Assembly: GCA_964187785.1 (NCBI GenBank)
Contig: OZ076413.1
Span: forward strand, 47,184,001-47,248,000
Origin: Amphiscolops sp. MND2022
Lineage: Eukaryota
Length of the DNA stretch: 64,000 nucleotides
Direction: 5' to 3'
Every line of letters begins with the position of its first letter. The stretch's first letter is position 1. Shown piece after piece: positions 1 through 11,283 of the stretch. The notes beneath the pieces were generated by a model. That model had not been told where the DNA came from. It made no database searches and saw nothing but the letters and a program-made list of their open reading frames with translations. Both the position numbers and the translations under genes were made by a program.

Positions 1-3000
1 GGATTCAATTTCAGGCGTTTTCGTGGCTTCGTTGAAAATGATTTGCAAACAGTTCTGATATAATGACTCCCTGATTATCGTTCCTGTTGAATATCAAATC
101 ACATTGCAAAAGGTTGCATGAGGTGTTGGATTCAATTTCAGGCGTTTTCGTGGCTTCGTTGAAAAGATTTGCAAACAGTTCTGATATAATGACTCCCTGA
201 TTATTGTTCCTGGTGAATATCAAATCACATTGCAAAAGGTTGCATGAGGTGTTGGATTCAATTTCAGGCGTTTTCGTGGCTTCGTTGAAAATAATTTGCA
301 AACAGTTCTGATATAATGACTCCCTGATTATCGTTCCTTTTGAAAATCAAATCACATTGCAAAAGGTTGCTTGAGGTGTTGGATTCGATTTCAGGCGTTT
401 TCGTGGCTTCGTTGAAAATGATGTTCAAACAGTTCTGATATAATGACTCCCTGATTATCCTTCCTGCTGAATATCAAATCACGTTGCAAAAGATTGCTTG
501 AGGTGTTGGATTCAATTTCAGGCGTTTTCGTGGCTTCGTTGAAAATGATGTTCAAACAGTTCTGATATAATGACTCCCTGAATATCGTTCCTGCTGAATA
601 TCAAATCACTTTGCAAAAGGTTGCCTGAGGTGTTGAATTCAGTTTCAGGCGTTTTCGTGGCTTCGTTGGAAATGATGTTCAAACAGTTCTGATATAATGA
701 CTCCCTGATTATCCTTCCTGCTGAATATCAAATCACGTTGCAAAAGGTTGCTTGAGGTGTTGGATTCAATTTTAGGCGTTTTCGTGGCTTCGTTGAAAAT
801 GATGTTCAAACAGTTCTGATATAATGACTCCCTGATTATCCTTCCTGCTGAATATCAAATCACGTTGCAAAAGGTTGCTTGAGGGGTTGGATTCAGTTTC
901 AGCTGTTTTCGTGGCTTCGTTGAAAATGATGTTCCAACAGTTCTGATATAATCACTCCCTGATTATCGTTCCTGTGGAATATCAAATCACGTTGCAAAAG
1001 GTTGCTTGAGGTGTTGGATTCAATTTCGGCGTTTTCGTGGCTTCGTTGAAAATGATGTTCAAACAGTTCTGATATAATGGCTCCCTGATTATCGTTCCTG
1101 CTGAATATCAAATCACTTTGCAAAAGGTTGCTTGAGGTGTTGGATTCAATTTTAGGCGTTTTCGTGGCTTCGTTAAAAATGATGTTCAAACAGTTCTGAT
1201 ATAATGATTCCCTGATTATCGTTCCTGCTGAATATCAAATCACGTTGCAAAAGGTTGCTTGAGGTGTTGGATTCAATTTCAGGCGTTTTCGTGGCTTCGT
1301 TGAAAATGATGTTCAAACAGTTCTGATATAATGACTCCCTGATTATCCATCCTGCTGAATATCAAATCACGTTGCAAAAGGTTGCTTTAGGTGTTGGATT
1401 CATTTTCAGGCGTTTTCGTGGCTTCGTTGAAAATGATTTGCAAACAGTTCTGATATAGTGACTCCCTGATTATCGTTCCTGTTGAATATCAAATCACATT
1501 ACAAAAGGTTGCATGAGGTGTTGGATTCAATTTCAGCCGTTTTCGTGGCTTCGTTGGAAATGATGTTCAAACAGTTCTGATATAATGACTCCCTGGTTAT
1601 CCTTCCTGCTGAATATCAAATCACGTTGCAAAGGGTTGCTTGAGGTGTTGGATTCATTTTTAGGCGTTATCGTGGCTTCGTTGAAAATGATGTTCAAACA
1701 GTTCTGATATAATGACTCCCTGATTATCGTTCCTGTTGAATATCAAATTACATTGCAAAAGGTTGCTTGAGGTGTTGGATTCAATTTTAGGCGTTTTCGT
1801 GGCTTCGTTGAAATTGATGTTCAAACAGTTCTGATATAATGACTCCCTGATTATCGTTCCTGTTGAATATCAAATCACATTGCAAAAGGTTGCTTGAGGT
1901 GTTGGATTCAATTTTAGGCGTTTTCGTGGCTTCGTTGAAAATGATGTTCAAACAGTTCTGATATAATGACTCCCTGATTATCGTTCCTGTTGAATATCAA
2001 ATCACATTGCAAAAGGTTGCTTGAGGTGTTGGATTCAATTTCAGGCGTTTTCGTGGCTTCGTTGAAAATGGTGTTCAAACAGTTCTGATATAATGACTCC
2101 CTGATTATCCTTCCTGCTGAATATCAAATCACGTTGCAAAAGGTTGCTTGAGGTGTTGGATTCAATTTCAGGCGTTTTCGTGGCTTCGTTGAAAATGATG
2201 TTCAAACAGTTCTGATATAATGACTCCCTGATTATTCTTCCTGCTGAATATCAAATCACGTTGCAAAAGGTTGCTTGAGGTGTTGGATTCAATTTTAGGC
2301 GTTTTCGTGGCTTCGTTGAAAATGATATTCAAACAGTTCTGATATAATGACTCCCTGATTATCGTTCCTGCTGAATATCAAATCACGTTGCAAAAGGTTG
2401 CTTGAGGTGTTGGATTCAATTTTAGGCGTTTTCGTGGCTTCGTTGAAAATGATGTTCAAACAGTTCTGATATAATGACTCCCTGATTATCCTTCCTGCTG
2501 AATATCAAATCACGTTGCAAAGGGTTGCTTGAGGTGTTGGATTCAGTTTCAGGCGTTTTCGTGGCTTCGTTGAAAATGATGTTCAAACAGTTCTGATATA
2601 ATGACTCCCTGATTATCGTTCCTGCTGAATATCAAATCACGTTGCAAAAGGTTGCTTGAGGTGTTGGATTCAATTTCAGGCGTTTTCGTGGCTTCGTTGA
2701 AAATGGTGTTCAAACAGTTCTGATATAATGACTCCCTGATTATCCTTCCTGCTGAATATCAAATCACGTTGCAAAAGGTTGCTTGCGGTGTTGGATTCAA
2801 TTTCAGGCGTTTTCGTGGCTTCGTTGAAAATGATGTTCAAACAGTTCTGATATAATGACTCCCTGATTATTCTTCCTGCTGAATATCAAATCACGTTGCA
2901 AAAGGTTGCTTGAGGTGTTGGATTCAATTTTAGGCGTTTTCGTGGCTTCGTTGAAAATGATATTCAAACAGTTCTGATATAATGACTCCCTGATTATCGT

Positions 3001-6000
3001 TCCTGCTGAATATCAAATCACGTTGCAAAAGGTTGCTTGAGGTGTTGGATTCAATTTTAGGCGTTTTCGTGGCTTCGTTGAAAATGATGTTCAAACAGTT
3101 CTGATATAATGACTCCCTGATTATCCTTCCTGCTGAATATCAAATCACGTTGCAAAGGGTTGCTTGAGGTGTTGGATTCAGTTTCAGGCGTTTTCGTGGC
3201 TTCGTTGAAAATGATGTTCAAACAGTTCTGATATAATGACTCCCTGATTATCGTTCCTGCTGAATATCAAATCACGTTGCAAAAGGTTTCTTGAGGTGTT
3301 GGATTCAATTTCCGGCGTTTTCGTGGCTTCGTTGAAAATGATGTTCAAACAGTTCTGATATAATGACTCCCTGATTATCTTTCCTGCTGAATATCAAATC
3401 ACATAGCAAAAGGTTGCTTGAGGTGTTGGATTCAATTTCAGGCGTTTTCGTGGCTTCGTTGAAAATGATATTCAAACAGTTCTGATATAATGACTCCCTG
3501 ATTATCGTTCCTGCTGAATGTCAATTCACGTTGCAAAAGGTTGCTTGAGGTGTTGGATTCAATTTTAGGCGTTTTCGTGGCTTTGTTGAAAATGATGTTC
3601 AAACAGTTCTGATATAATGACTCCCTGATTATCTTTCCTGCTGAATATCAAATCACATTGCAAAAGGTTGCTTGAGGTGTTGGATTCAATTTCAGGCGTT
3701 TTCGTGGCTTCGTTGAAAATTATTTGCAAACAGTTCTGATATAATGACTCCCTGATTATCGTTCCTGTTGAATATCAAATCACATTGCAAAGGGTTGCTT
3801 GAGGTGTTGGATTCATTTTTAGGCGGTTTCGTGGCTTCGTTGAAAATGATGTTCTAACTGTTCTGATATAATGACTCCCTGATTATTCTTCCTGCTGAAT
3901 ATCAAATCACGTTGCAAAAGGTTGCTTGAGGTGTTGGATTCATTTTTAGGCGTTTTCGTGGCTTCGTTGAAAATGATATTCAAACAGTTCTGATATAATG
4001 ACTCCCTGATTATCGTTCCTGCTGAATATCAAATCACGTTGCAAAAGGTTGCTTGAGGTGTTGGATTCAATTTTAGGCGGTTTCGTGGCTTCGTTGAAAA
4101 TGATGTTCAAACAGTTCTGATATAATGACTCCCTGATTATCCTTCCTGCTGAATATCAAATCACGTTGCAAAAGGTTGCTTGAGGTGTTGGATTCAGTTT
4201 CAGGCGTTTTCGTGGCTTCGTTGAAAATGATGTTCAAACAGTTCTGATATAATGACTCCCTGATTATCGTTCCTGCTGAATATCAAATCACGTTGCAAAA
4301 GGTTGCTTGAGGTGTTGGATTCAATTTCAGGCGTTTTCGTGGCTTCGTTGAAAATGATGTTCAAACAGTTCTGATATAATGACTCCCTGATTATCTTTCC
4401 TGCTGAATATCAAATCACATTGCAAAAGGTTGCTTGAGGTGTTGGATTCAATTTCAGGCGTTTTCGTGGCTTCGTTGAAAATGATATTCAAACAGTTCTG
4501 ATATAATGACTCCCTGATTATTGTTCCTGCTGAATATCAATTCACGTTGCAAAAGGTTGCTTGAGGTGTTGGATTCAATTTTAGGCGTTTTCGTGGCTTC
4601 GTTGAAAATGATATTCAAACAGTTCTGATATAATGACTCCCTGATTATCGTTCCTGCTGAATATCAATTCACGTTGCAAAAGGTTGCTTGAGGTGTTGGA
4701 TTCAATTTTAGGCGTTTTCGTGGCTTCGTTGAAAATGATGTTCGAACAGTTCTGATATAATGACTCCCTGATTATCTTTCCTGCTGAATATCAAATCACA
4801 TTGCAAAAGGTTGCTTGAGGTGTTGGACTCAATTTCAGGCGTTTTCGTGGCTTCGTTGAAATTTATTTGCAAACAGTTCTGATATAATGACTCCCTGATT
4901 ATCTTTCCTGCTGAATATCAAATCACGTTGCAAAAGGTTGCTTGAGGTGTTGGATTCAGTTTCAGGCGTTTTCGTGGCTTCGTTGAAAATGATGTTCAAA
5001 CAGTTCTGATATAATGACTCCCTGATTATCCTTCCTGCCGAATATCGAATCACGTTGCAAAAGGTTGCTTGAGGTGTTGGATTCAATTTTAGGCGTTTTC
5101 GTGGCTTCGTTGAAAATGATGTTCAAACAGTTCTGATATAATGACTCCCTGATTATCGTTCCTGTCGAATATCAAATCACATTGCAAAAGGTTGCTTGAG
5201 GTGTTGGATTCGATTTCAGGCGTTTTCGTGGCTTCGTTGAAAATTATTTGCAAACAGTTCTGATATAATGAGTCCCTGATCATCCTTCCTGCTGAATATC
5301 AAATGACGTTGCAAAAGGTTGCTTGAGGTGTTGGATTCAGTTTCAGGCGTTTTCGTGGCTTCGTTGAAAATGATGTTCAAACAGTTCTGATATAATGACT
5401 CCCTGATTATCCTTCCTGCCGAATATCGAATCACGTTGCAAAAGGTTGCTTGAGGTGTTGGATTCAATTTTAGGCGTTTTCGTGGCTTCGTTGAAAATGA
5501 TGTTCAAACAGTTCTGATATAATGACTCCCTGATTATCGTTCCTGTCGAATATCAAATCACATTGCAAAAGGTTGCTTGAGGTGTTGGATTCGATTTCAG
5601 GCGTTTTCGTGGCTTCGTTGAAAATTATTTGCAAACAGTTCTGATATAATGAGTCCCTGATCATCCTTCCTGCTGAATATCAAATGACGTTGCAAAAGGT
5701 TGCTTGAGGTGTTGGATTCAATTTTAGGCGTTTTCGTGGCTTCGTTGAAAATGATGTTCAAACAGTTCTGATATAATGACTCCCTGATTATCTTTCCTGC
5801 TGAATATCAAATCACATTGCAAAAGGTTGCTTGAGGTGTTGGATTCAATTTCAGGCGTTTTCGTGGCTTCGTTGAAATTTATTTGCAAACAGTTCTGATA
5901 TAATGACTCCCTGATTATCTTTCCTGCTGAATATCAAATCACGTTGCAAAAGGTTGCTTGAGGTGTTGGATTCAGTTTCAGGCGTTATCGTGGCTCCGTT

Positions 6001-9000
6001 GAAAATGATGTTCAAACAGTTCTGATATAATGACTACCTGATTATCCTTCCTGCCGAATATCGAATCACGTCGCAAAAGGTTGCTTGAGGTGTTGGATTC
6101 AATTTTAGGCGTTTTCGTGGCTTCGTTGAAAATGATGTTCAAACAATTCTGATATAATGACTCCCTGATTATCGTTCCTGTTGAATATCAAATCACATTG
6201 CAAAAGGTTGCTTGAGGTGTTGGATTCGATTTCAGGCGTTTTCGTGGCTTCGTTGAAAATTATTTGCAAACAGTTCTGATATAATGAGTCCCTGATTATC
6301 CTTCCTGCTGAATATCAAATGACGTTGCAAAAGGTTGCTTGAGGTGTTGGATTCAATTTTAGGCGTTTTCGTGGCTTCGTTGAAAATGATGTTCAAACAG
6401 TTCTGATATAATGACTCCCTGATTATCCTTCCTGCCGAATATCGAATCACGTTGCAAAAGGTTGCTTGAGGTGTTGGATTCGATTTCAGGCGTTTTCGTG
6501 GCTTCGTTGAAAATTATTTGCAAACAGTTCTGATATAATGACTCCCTGATTATCCTTCCTGCTGAATATCAAATGACGTTGCAAAAGGTTGCTTGAGGCG
6601 TTGGATTCAATTTTAGGCGTTTTCGTGGCTTCGTTGAAAATGATGTTCAAACAGTTCTGATATAATGACTCCCTGATTATCCTTCCTGCCGAATATCGAA
6701 TCACGTTGCAAAAGGTTGCTTGAGGTGTTGGATTCAATTTTAGGCGTTTTCGTGGCTTCGTTGAAAATGATGTTCAAACAGTTTTGATATAATGACTCCC
6801 TGATTATCGTTCCTGTTGAATATCAAATCACATTGCAAAAGGTTGCTTGAGGTGTTGGATTCGATTTCAGGCGTTTTCGTGGCTTCGTTGAAAATTATTT
6901 GCAAACAGTTCTGATATAATGACTCCCTGATTATCCTTCCTGCTGAATATCAAATCACGTTGCAAAAGGTTGCTTGAGGTGTTGGATTCAGTTTCAGGCG
7001 TTTTCGTGGCTTCGTTGAAAATGATGTTCAAACAGTTCTGATATAATGACTCCCTGATTATCGTTCCTGCTGAATATCAAATCACGTTGCAAAAGGTTGC
7101 TTGAGGTGTTGGATTCAATTTCAGGCGTTTTCGTGGCTTCGTTGAAAATGATGTTCAAACAGTTCTGATATAATGACTCCCTGATTATCTTTCCTGCTGA
7201 ATATCAAATCACATTGCAAAAGGTTGCTTGAGGTGTTGGATTCAATTTCAGGCGTTTTCGTGGCTTCGTTGAAAATGATATTCAAACAGTTCTGATATAA
7301 TGACTCCCTGATTATTGTTCCTGCTGAATATCAATTCACGTTGCAAAAGGTTGCTTGAGGTGTTGGATTCAATTTTAGGCGTTTTCGTGGCTTCGTTGAA
7401 AATGATATTCAAACAGTTCTGATATAATGACTCCCTGATTATCGTTCCTGCTGAATATCAATTCACGTTGCAAAAGGTTGCTTGAGGTGTTGGATTCAAT
7501 TTTAGGCGTTTTCGTGGCTTCGTTGAAAATGATGTTCGAACAGTTCTGATATAATGACTCCCTGATTATCTTTCCTGCTGAATATCAAATCACATTGCAA
7601 AAGGTTGCTTGAGGTGTTGGACTCAATTTCAGGCGTTTTCGTGGCTTCGTTGAAATTTATTTGCAAACAGTTCTGATATAATGACTCCCTGATTATCTTT
7701 CCTGCTGAATATCAAATCACGTTGCAAAAGGTTGCTTGAGGTGTTGGATTCAGTTTCAGGCGTTTTCGTGGCTTCGTTGAAAATGATGTTCAAACAGTTC
7801 TGATATAATGACTCCCTGATTATCCTTCCTGCCGAATATCGAATCACGTTGCAAAAGGTTGCTTGAGGTGTTGGATTCAATTTTAGGCGTTTTCGTGGCT
7901 TCGTTGAAAATGATGTTCAAACAGTTCTGATATAATGACTCCCTGATTATCGTTCCTGTCGAATATCAAATCACATTGCAAAAGGTTGCTTGAGGTGTTG
8001 GATTCGATTTCAGGCGTTTTCGTGGCTTCGTTGAAAATTATTTGCAAACAGTTCTGATATAATGAGTCCCTGATCATCCTTCCTGCTGAATATCAAATGA
8101 CGTTGCAAAAGGTTGCTTGAGGTGTTGGATTCAATTTTAGGCGTTTTCGTGGCTTCGTTGAAAATGATGTTCAAACAGTTCTGATATAATGACTCCCTGA
8201 TTATCTTTCCTGCTGAATATCAAATCACATTGCAAAAGGTTGCTTGAGGTGTTGGATTCAATTTGAGGCGTTTTCGTGGCTTCGTTGAAATTTATTTGCA
8301 AACAGTTCTGATATAATGACTCCCTGATTATCTTTCCTGCTGAATATCAAAACACGTTGCAAAAGGTTGCTTGAGGTGTTGGATTCAGTTTCAGGCGTTT
8401 TCGTGGCTCCGTTGAAAATGATGTTCAAACAGTTCTGATATAATGACTACCTGATTATCCTTCCTGCCGAATATCGAATCACGTTGCAAAAGGTTGCTTG
8501 AGATGTTGGATTCAATTTTAGGCGTTTTCGTGGCTTCGTTGAAAATGATGTTCAAACAATTCTGATATAATGACTCCCTGATTATCGTTCCTGTTGAATA
8601 TCAAATCACATTGCAAAAGGTTGCTTGAGGTGTTGGATTCGATTTCAGGCGTTTTCGTGGCTTCGTTGAAAATTATTTGCAAACAGTTCTGATATAATGA
8701 GTCCCTGATTATCCTTCCTGCTGAATATCAAATGACGTTGCAAAAGGTTGCTTGAGGTGTTGGATTCAATTTTAGGCGTTTTCGTGGCTTCGTTGAAAAT
8801 GATGTTCAAACAGTTCTGATATAATGACTCCCTGATTATCCTTCCTGCTGAATATCAAATCACGTTGCAAAAGGTTGCTTGAGGGGTTGGATTCAGTTTC
8901 AGCTGTTTTCGTGGCTTCGTTGAAAATGATGTTCCAACAGTTCTGATATAATCACTCCCTGATTATCGTTCCTGTTGAATATCAAATCACGTTGCAAAAG

Positions 9001-9973
9001 GTTGCTTGAGGTGTTGGATTCAATTTCGGGCGTTTTCGTGGCTTCGTTGAAAATGATGTTCAAACAGTTCTGATATAATGGCTCCCTGATTATCGTTCCT
9101 GCTGAATATCAAATCACTTTGCAAAAGGTTGCTTGAGGTGTTGGATTCGATTTCAGGCGTTTTCGTGGCTTCGTTGAAAATTATTTGCAAACAGTTCTGA
9201 TATAATGACTCCCTGATTATCCTTCCTGCTGAATATCAAATGACGTTGCAAAAGGTTGCTTGAGGCGTTGGATTCAATTTTAGGCGTTTTCGTGGCTTCG
9301 TTGAAAATGATGTTCAAACAGTTCTGATATAATGACTCCCTGATTATCCTTCCTGCCGAATATCGAATCACGTTGCAAAAGGTTGCTTGAGGTGTTGGAT
9401 TCAATTTTAGGCGTTTTCGTGGCTTCGTTGAAAATGATGTTCAAACAGTTTTGATATAATGACTCCCTGATTATCGTTCCTGTTGAATATCAAATCACAT
9501 TGCAAAAGGTTGCTTGAGGTGTTGGATTCGATTTCAGGCGTTTTCGTGGCTTCGTTGAAAATTATTTGCAAACAGTTCTGATATAATGACTCCCTGATTA
9601 TCCTTCCTGCTGAATATCAAATGACGTTGCAAAAGGTTGTTTGAGGTGTTGGATTCAATTTTAGGCGTTTTCGTGGCTTCGTTGAAAATGATGTTCAAAC
9701 AGTTCTGATATAATGACTCCCTGATTATCGTTCTTGTTGAATATCAAATCACATTGCAAAAGGTTGCTTGAGGTATTGGATTCAATTTCAGGCGTTTTCG
9801 TGGCTTCGTTGAAATTTATTTGCAAACAGTTCTGATATAATGACTCCCTGATTATCGTTCCTGTTGAATATCAAATCACGTTGCAAAAGGTTGCTTGAGG
9901 TGTTGGATTCAATTTCAGGCGTTTTCGTGGCTTCGTTGAAAATGATGTTCAAACAGTTCTGATATAATGCCTC
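1..9973. repeat. 127-bp tandem satellite array (about 78 monomers, continues beyond the window start)
   Basis: The monomer GGATTCAATTTCAGGCGTTTTCGTGGCTTCGTTGAAAATGATGTTCAAACAGTTCTGATATAATGACTCCCTGATTATC... recurs at 1, 128, 255 and so on. Monomers differ by a few recurrent variant positions. Confidence 0.98.
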
Positions 9974-10220
9974 TGTTTCGATAAACTTAAGTTTCTATCT
10001 TTGTTCTAGAAACGTGGGAAAGATTTTACAAAAGTCAAGGTTGAATTGAAATCAACACAATGGAATGATGAGAGTTATGACAAAAGAGTTAATGAAATTT
10101 GAAAAGTTGCATGAATAAATGATTCAGCATGTTTATAGTTATTGTGTATAAATTTGATTCGTCGCATGAAAATATGAGTCAATAAAGTACAAGTTCATTA
10201 GAATTTTTAGGGCTTCAACA
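9974..10220 (-). repeat. 3' LTR of BEL/Pao element
   Basis: Direct repeat of 16499-16745, adjacent to the polypurine tract. Confidence 0.96.
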
Positions 10221-10272
10221 TTCCGCCCGCCTTGAAGGAATGAATTAATTTCTTCTATATTTCAAATTTGGA

Positions 10273-10644
10273 ATGGCTTCCTTAAGTCATTTGATTCATT
10301 TGTGTCAAACTGGCCAAATCGGCGAATTGGGTTGGAGTTCACTGCCCCGAATAAATGGAAATTCTCGTAGAACGTGGGATGATGTCGGCGCAGAGATTCA
10401 AAATAATGGTCTCAGTAAACTATTAGATGACGTTTGGGTTAAACAACCACTAGTTATTTGCAGTCAACATTTCTTTGAAATAAGTGAAGAATTTCTAAAT
10501 GCCGTCAGAGGTTGTAAAACTAAAAGACATCTCAGCTCAATTTTCCGAAAATTAAACTGGATGCTGAAAGTAGGGAAACAAGCAAAATTGAGCCACCCAA
10601 GAGTTTTCGAAAGTCATTTGCCAGTCATAATTGGCATTGAATGA
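10273..10644 (+). CDS. Putative antisense accessory ORF (123 aa) in the 3' region of the BEL/Pao element
   Basis: ATG-started ORF with globular-protein-like composition, starting 53 nt inside the 3' LTR boundary. No homology recognised. Confidence 0.3.
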   Translation: MASLSHLIHLCQTGQIGELGWSSLPRINGNSRRTWDDVGAEIQNNGLSKLLDDVWVKQPLVICSQHFFEISEEFLNAVRGCKTKRHLSSIFRKLNWMLKVGKQAKLSHPRVFESHLPVIIGIE

Positions 10645-11283
10645 TAATTCAAGCTGGAAATACTCGAGTTTGATGTAATATTTGTAAATCTTTAAGAATA
10701 CGTCGCATATTGCTTGTTGCCGCCAGAGCAGAACAAGACTTTCGCGGTCGGGTGCCAAAGGATGTTCTGTTTCTAAGAGTGAAAACACTGAGCAAAATTT
10801 TAAAGATTCTGCCGAGAAAGATAAGTCAATGTGACTTGAAAGTGAGTCGATTCTATCGAATGGGAAATTTTTTCTATCAAGTTGTCTAAATTTAAAGGAT
10901 AAATAAATAACAATAAGACTGCAATCGGTGATATATGTACGGTGGTAATCTGTAGAAGCTGTAGGAATCATTCCGTATCAATAAACATGGTAAAGCAAGC
11001 TGATAATTGAAGTTAAAGTCGCCTAATGTATATAAAAAGGTGCAGTAAAGTGTAAATTTTCCAAAAATTTGCCATTTTTTTTGAAAAGGTCCTCGTAAAA
11101 AGTACCATGCCCAGTAGTAAGCTGGTTGCATGCACTTTCGATGTTCGGAGCGATTTTTTTGATTTTCGACCAAAATTGTTGATTTTTGGGGGTTTTCCAG
11201 GGGGTAGTTATGATGAATCCAAGGGATAATTTTCGGAATTTTCGCCGTTCCAGAAAATTGAGATAAATGTAAATTTCGATCAT

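Noticed and set aside
11..9404. Repeated short minus-strand ORFs (…FQRSHENA) in the satellite
   Set aside because: Products of a 127-bp repeat (not a multiple of 3) that cycle through frames; no coding signature.
1..9973. CRISPR-like regular array
   Set aside because: There are no unique spacers; the whole monomer repeats, and the context is eukaryotic with no cas genes.
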